A DNA stretch of 64,000 nt, taken from contig JBEKHC010000004.1 in assembly GCA_050012475.1 (NCBI GenBank), forward strand, positions 1 to 64,000, read 5' to 3'. Positions within the stretch are counted from its first letter, which is position 1. Every line of letters begins with the position of its first letter. The notes under the pieces were generated by a model. It saw only the letters and a program-made list of their open reading frames with translations. It made no database searches and was not told where the DNA came from. Made by a program: the position numbers and the translations under genes. Source of the DNA: Candidatus Velthaea sp. Lineage in GTDB: Bacteria > Vulcanimicrobiota > Vulcanimicrobiia > Vulcanimicrobiales > Vulcanimicrobiaceae. Below are positions 27,391-37,250 of the stretch, in pieces.

Positions 27391-28027
27391 CGGAGGGGTC
27401 CCATTCACCGCGACCGGCCGGCGTGAGATCGAGTAGATGATACGTCGGAGTGAGCAAGTCAATCCCGCCGCCGCGGTTCTCCAGTATCGGGTGTGCGGTG
27501 TAAACGTGACGTACGCGGTCACCCTCTTTCGCGAAGACGACGACCGTCGAATCGGGATTGCCCTCGGCATCCTCGGCGTCGATGTCGCGCGCGAAGGCCC
27601 GTCCGTCGTCAGAGAGCAAGCGCAGGCGATGCCACCCGCGATGTGTCGCCCACTCTCGGAGTCGGTCGATCGGGGCTCGAGATGCAATGACGAAGTTCGT
27701 CTGCTGGGTGACGTGCGGCGCTATGCCGTTGAATCCATCGATCCACATCGAGCAACTCGGGCAGAATGAAGCGTCATTCGCCCAATACATCAAATGGTAA
27801 ACAATCAAGTACGGCTTTTCTGCGGCAAACAGCTCCGACAAGTGGATGCAATTGCCGTTTTCTATGAAGCTGTAATCGGGAACGACCGGCCCTGGCGATA
27901 GCTCGCGGCGCAATGCAGCCACCGCCTCGATGCGATCGCGCAACTCGATCTCAGCCGCGCGTAGACGATCGCGCGAACGGCGATACGCCTCGTCGGCCCC
28001 GGGCATCAGGAGACTTGAATCCGCCAT
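27347..28027 (-). CDS. DUF899 thioredoxin-like protein (1)
   Basis: AVAALRREL..G, LSELF, CPSCS, LLDLTPAGR. Confidence 0.88.
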   Translation of the reverse strand: MADSSLLMPGADEAYRRSRDRLRAAEIELRDRIEAVAALRRELSPGPVVPDYSFIENGNCIHLSELFAAEKPYLIVYHLMYWANDASFCPSCSMWIDGFNGIAPHVTQQTNFVIASRAPIDRLREWATHRGWHRLRLLSDDGRAFARDIDAEDAEGNPDSTVVVFAKEGDRVRHVYTAHPILENRGGGIDLLTPTYHLLDLTPAGRGEWDPSGDVAWRDRHRRCTG

Positions 28028-28111
28028 TTCATTTCCTTTCGAGCTTGCGCTTGAGAGTTGCCAGTTCGCGCGCGTGCGCACGTGCCGAGCACTTGCTGGC
28101 CCAACGATTCG

Positions 28112-28864
28112 TCAGCGCCGCGCGGGCCCTAAGTCGTCAGAGCGCCCGGCTTCTATGCGGGGCCACTGAGCTTTAGGACGTCCATTGCTCCGGAGCGATG
28201 ACATGATGTCCGACTGCGGCCAACCGCTAGGAGAGTTTTCCCAATCCTCTTGGCGCCCGTACACGGTCTTATCCATTATCCCCATGGTCGGGCTCATGGC
28301 TTCGATACCGCGACCTCGCGTCCAATACGTTTCGAACACCCGGTCCTCGTCTCTTAGATAACACGCAAGGAAGAACTTGTTGAACGGTCTGCCGGCGCGC
28401 AAGATATCAGCCGAATCTGCAACCGAATACCAAGGGACGTCCCAACCCATGAAGTCTCGGTAGCGAACACTCTCGTCGTAGGGACCCCAGCAGAAGGTCG
28501 CATAGGTAATGCCGCGCGCGTTCAAGTACGCCAACTCTCGGACTTGACCGTTGAAAAACGTGCAGCCTTCACATTGCTCAGCGGCGGGTTCGCCGGGGAA
28601 AAACATGTGGTAGTACGCAACGAGCTGGCGCCTGCCCTCGAACGTGTCGAGCAGCGTCACGGGCCCGTTAGCGCCGACAAGTTTGAGATTGGCGTCGACT
28701 TCCACCATCGGCAAACGCCGACGCGCCGCGGCGATCGCATCCCCCTCGCGAGTATGCCCCTTCTCAATGATGAGAAGAGCATCTACCTGGGCTTGCCAAG
28801 TCTCCCGGTCGACGACTTGTGGCACCTTGACATTCACCGTCGACCGATCATCGTTCCTAGACAT
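28112..28864 (-). CDS. DUF899 thioredoxin-like protein (2)
   Basis: AAARRRLPMV, FEGRRQL, CEGCT, GRQEDWE.SP.GWPQ. Confidence 0.9.
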   Translation of the reverse strand: MSRNDDRSTVNVKVPQVVDRETWQAQVDALLIIEKGHTREGDAIAAARRRLPMVEVDANLKLVGANGPVTLLDTFEGRRQLVAYYHMFFPGEPAAEQCEGCTFFNGQVRELAYLNARGITYATFCWGPYDESVRYRDFMGWDVPWYSVADSADILRAGRPFNKFFLACYLRDEDRVFETYWTRGRGIEAMSPTMGIMDKTVYGRQEDWENSPSGWPQSDIMSSLRSNGRPKAQWPRIEAGRSDDLGPARR

Positions 28865-28911
28865 TTCCGACCTCAATGTGTTTGGTAAGTGTAGTGAAAA
28901 CACGAGGTACC

Positions 28912-29106
28912 TTAAGACCATCGTTGACGAGTTCCACGAAGCGATCGCGAGTTTAAATTGCCGCGGGCGACAGCACACGCGCGCCGCCTCCGATCGTTTA
29001 ACGCCGCGCTTACCAGAAAAGTAACCGCGCTCACCGTAATAACGCCGGCCATCGGGTTCAGAAGTTCCTCAAACGGCATGCTTCCGATGTGAGCGATCAA
29101 CGTCAC
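28912..29106 (-). CDS. Small membrane protein
   Basis: GTGA-coupled to the DUF899 (3) stop; AHIGSMPFEELL plus one hydrophobic helix. Confidence 0.5.
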   Translation of the reverse strand: MTLIAHIGSMPFEELLNPMAGVITVSAVTFLVSAALNDRRRRACAVARGNLNSRSLRGTRQRWS

Positions 29107-29837
29107 GTTACGTCGCCCGTACCGGATATGACGTCATCTAGATGTTCGCTCCACTTCGAGTCGGACGAGGCGTCGACGCCGTAATTGTCGTGCCAATTCC
29201 ACCACTTGTAAGGCTCGGTCTGGGGGTAGCCCTCGGGCGAGTCCTCCCACTCTTCCTGACGCCCGAGCGGGGTTGCGTCCAGGTAGCTCCAGGTGGTCCC
29301 CATCGCCTCGTCGCCGCGGCCGTTGATGAAGTAGGTGCGGAACACGCGCTCGCCGTCGCGGAAGAATACGTTGTGGCCGTGCCATTCGTCCACGCCGAAG
29401 TCAACATCGAAGCTGTCGGTCATGGTGTACCACGGCATCGTCCAGCGCATCCGCGCCTTCACACGCTCGATGTCGGGCTGCGGCGCGCGTGAGACGTACG
29501 CTAACGCGGTGTCGCGGGCGTTCAAATGGGCGAGATGGGCGACCTGATCGGCTCCCAAGGAGCAGCCGCGACAGGCATGCTCAGGCCAGCCGAATACGCC
29601 CGGCTCGAGGAAGGCGCGGTACACGATCAGCTGACGACGGCCTTCGAACAGCTCGAGCAGGCTTACCTTGCCGTTCGGCCCGTCGAACTCATAGGTCTTC
29701 TCCACGGCGACCCACGGCATCCGCCGGCGCTCGGCCGCCAGCGCGTCCCGGGCGCGCGTCAGGGCCTTCTCTTTTACGAGCAGCTGCTCGCGCGCAGCTT
29801 CCCATTCTTGGGGCGAAACGATCGGTGGCGTTTTCAC
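29103..29837 (-). CDS. DUF899 thioredoxin-like protein (3)
   Basis: GTG with GGAGG RBS, LAAERRRMPW, FEGRRQL, CRGCS, TPLGRQEEWEDSPEGYPQ. Confidence 0.92.
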   Translation of the reverse strand: MKTPPIVSPQEWEAAREQLLVKEKALTRARDALAAERRRMPWVAVEKTYEFDGPNGKVSLLELFEGRRQLIVYRAFLEPGVFGWPEHACRGCSLGADQVAHLAHLNARDTALAYVSRAPQPDIERVKARMRWTMPWYTMTDSFDVDFGVDEWHGHNVFFRDGERVFRTYFINGRGDEAMGTTWSYLDATPLGRQEEWEDSPEGYPQTEPYKWWNWHDNYGVDASSDSKWSEHLDDVISGTGDVT

Positions 29838-29853
29838 TGCATTCCTCCCTCGT

Positions 29854-30576
29854 TTATGACCGGGCGGGTTCCGCGACCATCGCCGCATTCTGGCGCTCGA
29901 ACGCTTTGGCCGCACCGGCGCGCCAGCTCTCGGCGAACGTCGCGGAGATAGGATCGGGGAAGATCTCCTCCTCGCCTCGCTCCACTCCGTCAAAGATTGC
30001 TCGCGCCACCGCGTCCGGAGCGGTCTTCGGTATGTCGAGATCTCGGACCATGTCCGTATCCACGGGACCAGGCAGCACGGCATAGACCGTTACGCCCCGC
30101 CCGGCCAAGAGCGCGCGCAACGATTGCGACAACGAGAACGCCGCGGCTTTTGAGATCGAGTAGGCCGGCAGGACGGGGACGGCCGCAAAAGCCGCTAGCG
30201 AGACGACGTTGACAATGGCTCCCCGCGAACGGGTCAACAACGGCAGGAACGCCTGGGTCACATCATACGTTCCGAAAAGATTGACTGCGAGGTGCCGCTC
30301 GATCGCGGCACGATCGCTAAAGTCGTCGAAGACCGAAACGCCGGCGTTATTGATGAGGACGTCGAGCGTTGCGACGCTTTGGGCGGCCAGCTGGATTTCC
30401 GCGGGGTTGGTCACGTCGAGGGTTACCGGCGTGACGCGCCCATCAGCGTGCGCCAAGGTCCGGCGCGTACCGGCATACACTCGCTTCGCACCTCGCCTCA
30501 ATGCTTCGTGGACTAGCGCCTGTCCGATCCCGCGACTGGCACCGGTCACCAAAACTGACTTGTCTTTGATTGTCAT
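29854..30576 (-). CDS. SDR family oxidoreductase
   Basis: TGASRGIG, INNAG, YSISK. Confidence 0.93.
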   Translation of the reverse strand: MTIKDKSVLVTGASRGIGQALVHEALRRGAKRVYAGTRRTLAHADGRVTPVTLDVTNPAEIQLAAQSVATLDVLINNAGVSVFDDFSDRAAIERHLAVNLFGTYDVTQAFLPLLTRSRGAIVNVVSLAAFAAVPVLPAYSISKAAAFSLSQSLRALLAGRGVTVYAVLPGPVDTDMVRDLDIPKTAPDAVARAIFDGVERGEEEIFPDPISATFAESWRAGAAKAFERQNAAMVAEPARS

Positions 30577-30630
30577 TCCTCTCTCCTCCGTCGAACCGAC
30601 GCCCGGACTGTCCGAACCGTCGTAGATGCA

Positions 30631-30697
30631 GACGTCACGAAGTTGTGAAACTGGGCGCTGCTCGACCGCCCGGTTTCGGCCCGGGCCGGTGTCGATA
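30631..30697. promoter_or_regulatory. Back-to-back putative ECF promoters
   Basis: GCCCRGTTT-N14-GTC on both strands (30656-30631 minus, 30668-30693 plus). Confidence 0.55.
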
Positions 30698-30740
30698 CGA
30701 GGGTGGATAAGGAGCGCGAGAGAGATGCCGCGAGGACGGA

Positions 30741-31721
30741 GTGGTGGAGAGCGAACTGATCGCCAGGGCGCAGGCCGGGGATGGCGACGCATTCCGCGAG
30801 CTGACCGAACCGTACCGGCGAGAGCTGCAAGTGCACTGTTACCGGATGCTTGGGTCCTTTCAAGACGCGGAGGACGCGCTTCAGGACGCGTTGCTGGCCG
30901 CTTGGCAGGGCCTCGGCGGGTTCGAGGGGCGCTCCGCGTTCCGCACATGGCTCTATCGGATTGCCACCAACCGCTGCCTCGGCCGACTTCGCTCCGCCAG
31001 CCGGCGTCCGCCCAAGGAGTGGGACATTCCCGGGGTTGAGCCGCCGGAGCCGACCGGGATGAATGAGATCGTCTGGCTCGAGCCGTTTCCCGACGCCCTC
31101 CTGGACCCGGAGGTGGGCTACGAGCGGAGCGAGGCCATTTCTCTGGCCTTCGTGATCGCGTTGCAACTGCTGCCCGCTCGCCAGCGCGCTGTGCTGATCT
31201 TACGTGAAGTGCTCGGCTATCGCGCGAGCGAGGTCGCCCAGATGCTCGATGCGACCGTCGAGTCGGTCAACAGCGCGCTCAAACGGGCCCGCGCCACTTT
31301 GCAGGAACGCAAGGCGGTGGCCGGCGAGCGCGAACCGCCACCTGCTGCCAACTCACCCGAAGAGCAAGCGTGCGTGGCAAAGTTCGTTCGCGCATACCAG
31401 TCCGCTGACATCGACGCGATCGTCGCCATGCTCACCGATGATGTCTGCCTCTCGATGCCGCCGATTCCGTTCGAATACACCGGCCGCGACGTCGTGGGCC
31501 GCTTTTACGCAAAACTCGTTCCGAAACGGCCCTACGAGCTCGTGCCGACTCGCGCGAACGGTCAGCCGGCACTGGTGGCCTACCTTCGCGGCTCCGACGG
31601 CATCCGCCACGCGACCGGCATGGCCGTCCTCACCTTAAGCGGCGATAAGATCTGCGCGATCACGCGCTTCGAGAACGGCGTGCTCCCCTGGTTCGGGCTG
31701 TCGCGAACGCTCCCTGACTGA
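30741..31721 (+). CDS. ECF sigma factor, SigG/ECF56-like, with C-terminal SnoaL-like domain
   Basis: HCYRMLGSFQDAED, WLYRIATN, WLEPFPD, VNSALKRARATL, TRANGQP. Confidence 0.92.
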   Translation: MVESELIARAQAGDGDAFRELTEPYRRELQVHCYRMLGSFQDAEDALQDALLAAWQGLGGFEGRSAFRTWLYRIATNRCLGRLRSASRRPPKEWDIPGVEPPEPTGMNEIVWLEPFPDALLDPEVGYERSEAISLAFVIALQLLPARQRAVLILREVLGYRASEVAQMLDATVESVNSALKRARATLQERKAVAGEREPPPAANSPEEQACVAKFVRAYQSADIDAIVAMLTDDVCLSMPPIPFEYTGRDVVGRFYAKLVPKRPYELVPTRANGQPALVAYLRGSDGIRHATGMAVLTLSGDKICAITRFENGVLPWFGLSRTLPD

Positions 31722-32842
31722 GAATCAGCCGGCGCATGTCGCTCCACGTCTCCACGTCGGGAATACCGGACACGCAATGAGGCGCGGCATGCCAACTTGC
31801 CGATCTCTGAACCAGCACCCAAACTCCGGCCTCGCCCCGGCCCTTAACGTGCTTAAAATTCCGTTTCGTGTCTTCTCCTCCACTACGTAAAGACCCACAA
31901 CGCAGGGGCGATAACGTCAATTTCTGGGGCTGTGCTTCGTTGCGGTAAGATGAGCAAGTTCCAGGCATCGGCGTAGCGATTGGGCGGTTGTCCCATATGT
32001 TGCACTGACTTCGCTAATTTCAAGTCACTTTGCAACGCTTAGAGATTAGTTTTTATGATCTTGCTCATGCCCACGTTTGTAGATATGCCGAGTGTTCGAC
32101 TTCGCATCTTTTACCGCGATACTTTAGATCTTAGTTTAGCCATCCGATGCGTGAGCCGTCACCTATTACGAGAGCGCATGCAAGCAGTAAGTCCGCAAAA
32201 CCTAAGCGCTGAATTCCGACACAGACGCAACGAACGATCCGGACTGCACCTCCCGGGCTCCCTTCAAGTTCCGGGCAAATAGCTCGCGCAGGGCTGCACC
32301 GATTCTCGGTCCCATTGCTGCACTCCATTTAACTGTTGCGTCCACGCTGGCCTTAGCAGACCGGCAGACGGACTCGCTTCTCGACTCCGCTATGTATATT
32401 CCCCGGCCGAGGTTGTCAGCGCCTCCGGCGGATCTCGCCATTTACCGCCCCAGGGAAGAGTATCACCCTGAGCAAGGGTTCGCTTCGCCCTGCACCGCTA
32501 CTAGGGTTGCGGTCGACGGTTGACGGCGACATCAACGGCAGACGGCACAGCGAAGCCCCACTGGCGCTTTCTTCACGCTCGGTTTTGCCGATTTGCGCCA
32601 CCGCCGGTGCCGAAGACCTCTTGGACGCGCCACTACTGGAAGCGCATGCGGCGAGCGGATCGTCGAGGGAGTTCCGCCGTTTGATTTCGAGCGACCCTTT
32701 GCGTGGCGGAAACCATTACGGGGCGCGCGTTGCATTTTGGCGTCTTAATGGACCCCTTTTGGGCGAGACACGCCGTCTTCATGTAGCCGTGTCGCCGTAA
32801 AGCGTGATCTGCCGTGGGAAGCGTCGAAGGCGGCAGAAGCAT

Positions 32843-33580
32843 ATGCGGATATCCGTCGAGCTTGTGCCTCGTAATCAGACTGCCATTGTTCGCGATGCGC
32901 ACTTCCTTCGGGAACGGTTCGGCTGGGTGACGATGCTCAACGTCCCCGATCTGCTGCGCTTCCCGCTACGCAGCTGGGACGCATGCTCGGCGACGGCTTC
33001 CATCTACCGATCGTCAGTCCCGCATGTGCGGGCGATCGATATCCCGCCGCACGAGCCGCTTGCCATGCTAGAAACTATTCTCTCGGCCGGACTCAAGGAA
33101 GTCCTCGTCGTCAGCGGCGATCCGCCGCGCGATTTCGGCCACGTGGCGTATCCGCAGTCGAGCGTCGATGTGATACGACGCTTCAAACGCGAGTGCCCGC
33201 AACTCTCAGTCTACGCGGCCCTCGATCCGTACCGCCAGGGCATCCGTGCGGAGTGCGATTACGTCGCACGGAAGATCGAGGCCGGCGCGGACGGCTTCTT
33301 TACCCAGCCGTTCTTCGATTTGCGGCTCCTCGAAATGTACGCCGAACAGCTTGAGAAGCAGGTCGTGTTCTGGGGTTTGACGCCGATCGTCACAGAAGGC
33401 GCGCGGGCTTACTGGGAGACGACCAACAGAGTCGTCCTTCCGCGTTCGTTTCGGCCGACGATGGAGTGGAACCGGGAGTTTGCACGCGACGTTCTGCGAT
33501 TTGTGAAGTCCAACGACTCTAACGTTTACTTGATGCCGATCAAGGTCGATCTCGCGGAATACCTCGATGGCTTAATGTGA
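32843..33580 (+). CDS. Methylenetetrahydrofolate reductase-like (MetF family) protein
   Basis: ISVELVP, VLVVSGDPP, KIEAGADGFFTQPFFD. Confidence 0.85.
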   Translation: MRISVELVPRNQTAIVRDAHFLRERFGWVTMLNVPDLLRFPLRSWDACSATASIYRSSVPHVRAIDIPPHEPLAMLETILSAGLKEVLVVSGDPPRDFGHVAYPQSSVDVIRRFKRECPQLSVYAALDPYRQGIRAECDYVARKIEAGADGFFTQPFFDLRLLEMYAEQLEKQVVFWGLTPIVTEGARAYWETTNRVVLPRSFRPTMEWNREFARDVLRFVKSNDSNVYLMPIKVDLAEYLDGLM

Positions 33581-33704
33581 GCGCACCGTGATGGGGCTTG
33601 CGCTAAACTCTGCACGAAAGGGGATTCTTTCGTGCAAGTGTACACATTTGCAGCTCGAGAAGCATTCGTGGTGACTGCAGGCCTCGCAATGAGCCGTCGA
33701 AGCA

Positions 33705-34568
33705 TCATGCCCTTTCGTATTCGGCGATCTCCATCACGTGGGCCGCGAAGAGGAAGTCGCGGATCCGGGCGATCTTCTCGCCCCTCCATTCCAGGAGCAT
33801 GAAATAGCGCGGCGCGCCGGCGAGGTCGTTAGGATCAAGAACGAGGATCGCGGCACGTCCGTCCACCGACCCGGGGACGAGATGCCAGTGGTGCTCCGCC
33901 GCATATCGGTCAAAGTACTCGCCAACCTTTTCGCCTTGTATCTGCAGCCGATTCACCAGGTCCAGCCGCACGTCGTCCGCGAGCATCCTCCGGACCGCGT
34001 CGAAGTCACGTGCATTGAACAAGTCCACGTAGGTCGCAAGCCTGCGACGCTCCGGCTCGGTGAGCGTTGGCGCCGGCGCTTCCTCCGGTTCGCACGCGAT
34101 TTTGCGAAGGCGTCCGCGTCCGCGTTGCAGCGCGGACTTCACGGCCGGCTCCGTCGCATCGATGATCGCGCAGATTTCGCTTACCGAATAGCCGAGCACG
34201 TCCTTGAGGATCACCGTGCCGCGTTGGAAGACGGGGAGCCGCATGAAGGTGCGTAAGCCAGCCGCGGTGATTTGTCGTTCGGCGAGCTCATCGTCCGGAT
34301 CGACGATGTTCTCCAACACCTCGGCCGGGGTGAGCTCGAGACGCGACTTTCGCCGTAAGTAATCCAGCGCTGTGTTATGGGCGAGGCGAAATAGCCACCC
34401 CGATGGGTTCGTGACCACCGCTGTGCGCGGAAGCGCCTCGACCGCCTTCACGAGCGCATCCTGAAGGATGTCCTCGCCGTCGATGACGGAGCCGGTCATC
34501 CGCGCGCAATAACGGTGAAGCTGTGGACGCAGCGTCGCGATCTGCGTCTCTAGACTCTCTTGGTCCAC
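33705..34568 (-). CDS. ECF sigma factor with C-terminal SnoaL-like domain
   Basis: LHRYCARMTGSVIDGED, WLFRLAHN, VKSALQRGR, YVDLFNARDFD. Confidence 0.92.
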   Translation of the reverse strand: MDQESLETQIATLRPQLHRYCARMTGSVIDGEDILQDALVKAVEALPRTAVVTNPSGWLFRLAHNTALDYLRRKSRLELTPAEVLENIVDPDDELAERQITAAGLRTFMRLPVFQRGTVILKDVLGYSVSEICAIIDATEPAVKSALQRGRGRLRKIACEPEEAPAPTLTEPERRRLATYVDLFNARDFDAVRRMLADDVRLDLVNRLQIQGEKVGEYFDRYAAEHHWHLVPGSVDGRAAILVLDPNDLAGAPRYFMLLEWRGEKIARIRDFLFAAHVMEIAEYERA

Positions 34569-34692
34569 CCTAGTCCCATTTGTTCTCCTCCGCGCTTAAA
34601 TATTCTTTGCCCGGCTCCGATTCGTTTGTTCCTCTCGAATCGTCATCATAGTGAAGCCAGCAACAAGAACGGCAGCCTAAGGAGTAGACGAG

Positions 34693-35271
34693 GTGGGCAG
34701 AGTCATCGTCATCCAGTTCATTACGCTCGACGGCGTGACGCAGGACCCGGACGGGACGGAGGGATTCGTGCACGGCGGCTGGGCCTTCCGCTTTGGTCCC
34801 CAAGCCGTAGCGGGCGACAAGTTCAAGCTCGACGCATTGCTCGACCGGGGAACGCTGCTGCTCGGACGGCGGACGTGGCAGCACTTCGCAGAGATCTGGC
34901 CGTCTCGAACCGATGAGTTTTCACAGAAGATGAACGCTATACCGAAGTTGGTCGTGACGCAAACTCTCAAGAGCGTCGACGCTTGGACCAACTCGACGAT
35001 TCTCGCGGGCGAACTCATCGAGGAGGTACGTCGGCGCAAGGATCAAGAGGAGCTCATCGTCGCGGGCAGCGACGACGTCGTCCAACTGCTGCGCCGGCAC
35101 GATCTCATTGACGAGTATCGCCTCCTCATCTTCCCGATCGTGCTTGGCGAGGGCCGCCAGCTCTTTCCGCAGGGCCGGAGCCCGATGTCGTTGCTTGAGT
35201 TCCTCGACGTCGAGCGGTCCGGCGCAGCCTCTCTGATGCGGCTGGGACGATCCTTTGCGTCGGAGTCCTGA
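34693..35271 (+). CDS. Dihydrofolate reductase family (RibD C-terminal) protein
   Basis: FITLDGV, LLLGRRT, LIDEYRL.IFPIVLGEGRQLF. Confidence 0.92.
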   Translation: MGRVIVIQFITLDGVTQDPDGTEGFVHGGWAFRFGPQAVAGDKFKLDALLDRGTLLLGRRTWQHFAEIWPSRTDEFSQKMNAIPKLVVTQTLKSVDAWTNSTILAGELIEEVRRRKDQEELIVAGSDDVVQLLRRHDLIDEYRLLIFPIVLGEGRQLFPQGRSPMSLLEFLDVERSGAASLMRLGRSFASES

Positions 35272-35429
35272 GCGGCTTCGCACGTGTTCGCGGGCCGCGC
35301 CTGGTTGGCTACGCACGCGTCTTGACGGGCGAACAAACGACGGCGCTAACGCCGCATCCCGCGATTGCTTCGGCGTGAGCTTCTCTCGCACGATGTTCGC
35401 CATGATTCTCAGTTTGCGAGCCGTAGTAT

Positions 35430-35800
35430 ACCTTTGAAGCCGCCTCGCGGGTCTTCGCGCTCGACGTGCAGCTCGGCCCCGGTGATGCCCCACACGGTGC
35501 CCGTGTGGCCGTTGTCGACGCCGGCGAACGCTCGCGCGCATGATGACCCGCTCGCCGATCGCGAACGGCACGTGCGTCCCGAGCTCCGGGCGCTGGGCAA
35601 GCTCGCCGGCGACGACGTTCGGCTCCGGACGATGGACGGCGTTCACTTCGCGAACGGCATCGGCCGGATCGAGAGTTGCCGGCGTCCGCGCGAAGGCGAC
35701 GCCCTGCTGGACTTTCTGCACGATGTGCAGCGTGTCGCCGGCTCCGACCGCTTGGAACTGGTGGTCGTCCACAAGCCGTGCCTCGGTGCAAAGGCTTGCG
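35430..35800 (-). pseudogene. Fragment of TraA/RecD-like relaxase-helicase
   Basis: VDDHQFQAVGAG (helicase motif III-like), FAIGERVIM, GVDNGHTGTV across two frames. Confidence 0.5.
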
Positions 35801-35916
35801 CCCAGCGCTCGTGCCTGAAAACGTGCTACAGCGAGCCAGAACGACGGCCCCGGGGGACACGAAGCCGACGCCGCAATTCAGACCCCTCCGCCGCCGGTTT
35901 CCCTCAGCGCGACCGG

Positions 35917-35952
35917 CTTAGCGTACAAATTTCCGTTTCTTGAGGTCACCCC
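35917..35952 (-). repeat. Tn3-family terminal IR (36 bp) preceded by a tnpA 3'-end remnant
   Basis: Reverse complement GGGGTGACCTCAAGAAACGGAAATTTGTACGCTAAG; upstream reads QFRPLRR...A-stop. Confidence 0.85.
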
Positions 35953-35963
35953 GGATTTGGTGC

Positions 35964-36130
35964 ACTTCCCGCCCTGAGGGCCGAGACTTCACGGCTAAAA
36001 ACCATACGCGACGTACTTCCGGCGCTGGGGCCGAGGCTTCACGGCTACCCCCGTAAAAAAACATTCGAGAGTACTTCCGGCGCTGAGGGCCGACGGTTTA
36101 CGGCTACCTCCGGTAAAAAACCACTCGAGT
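35964..36130 (+). repeat. Three degenerate tandem repeats, 51-58 bp
   Basis: ACTTCCGGCGCTGAGGGCCGA..TTCACGGCTA..AAAAA units start at 35964, 36015 and 36073. Confidence 0.8.
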
Positions 36131-36233
36131 TGTAGCGTTCCGAAGCGACCGTCGAGGCGATCGTGGCAGCGAACGATGAAACCGCAACGTCTGCTACGAT
36201 GGAGGAAATCCGAAGAGGGGTTTGCCGACTTCG

Positions 36234-36650
36234 TTACTTCGCGCGAACGCGGTTATTCTTTTGGTGGTGCTCCAACTCGGCCAGTCCCAATGCCTCGAGC
36301 ACCGGCGGCACGTACATCCCGAAACGACCTCGCAAGCCCTTCTTCATGCCGTACCAGCCCTTCACCGGATTGTCGGTTGCACGCCCCCACGCCTCGACCG
36401 TGCCCTCCGCGGCAGGTTTTTGCTCGTCGGCGCTCCCCAGCGGCATCCATTCTCCATGACCCTTGAGCATCGCATGGAGATCTTCGATACACCGAAGCTG
36501 GTAACGCAACTGCGTCTTACCGACCTGCACAACGAGCGCCGGCGGGTCAAATGCGAGGTCCCGCCACGCCTCGTAATCGGACGTTCCCGGCGGCGTTTTC
36601 AATCGCCAGGGTGATTCGGGGGTGCCGTTCTCCGGGTCGGTTGTCGCCAT
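36234..36650 (-). CDS. Conserved hypothetical protein (DUF6855-like)
   Basis: PWRLKTPPG, LGSADEQKPA..GTVEAWGR, GWYGMKKGLRGRFGMY. Confidence 0.8.
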   Translation of the reverse strand: MATTDPENGTPESPWRLKTPPGTSDYEAWRDLAFDPPALVVQVGKTQLRYQLRCIEDLHAMLKGHGEWMPLGSADEQKPAAEGTVEAWGRATDNPVKGWYGMKKGLRGRFGMYVPPVLEALGLAELEHHQKNNRVRAK

Positions 36651-36827
36651 AGTCAGCTTCTTTCCGCGCGCCTCAAGCTGCGCAGCAATCTCTCGAAGTG
36701 CGGGCCGCACATGCGCAATCCGCACGTCCGGGGCCCGGGGCCGTGGTCGCCATCCGAAGGCCACCGCAGTTCATGCGGGGATTGTAACTCCTATGTTACC
36801 ATGAAGCTACCCAAGCTTTGCATCATT

Positions 36828-37250
36828 TCAAACTTTTGCATGGCTCGCCGCCGCAGCGAGCACCAGATCCCAAGATCGAACATACGCCGGCGCGTTGCGG
36901 GTGAACAGATCGGAGCTCGCGGCACCGGCGCCATGAGTAACGGTCACGCGCGTTCCGCCTTCGGCGGCCTCGAACCGGACTTCGACGTGCGTCGCGTTGG
37001 CGCGGTCGGTCCCCGGAAACCAGTCCAGGACCAACCGGCGCGCCGGCTCGAAAAGCCGCACTACTCCCAAATCCACTTCAGAACCGTCACTAGCGCGTTC
37101 AAAAAAGCGGCCGGCGGCCTCGATGCGAATGGCGCTGGCGGGGTCGCTGGTGTGACGACGGTCAGCCGGCCACCATTGGCCGGCGTGCTCGGTGAACAGT
37201 TGGAACGCCCGCTCGACACCGCACGGCAGAACGACGCTTTTTGTGATCAT
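36828..37250 (-). CDS. SRPBCC/START domain protein
   Basis: ERAFQLFT...WWP, EPARRLVLDW, TRVTVTH, W..VL. Confidence 0.88.
   Translation of the reverse strand: MITKSVVLPCGVERAFQLFTEHAGQWWPADRRHTSDPASAIRIEAAGRFFERASDGSEVDLGVVRLFEPARRLVLDWFPGTDRANATHVEVRFEAAEGGTRVTVTHGAGAASSDLFTRNAPAYVRSWDLVLAAAASHAKV

Noticed and set aside
35964..36130. CRISPR array
   Set aside because: Units are degenerate and contiguous, with no unique spacers and no cas genes in the window
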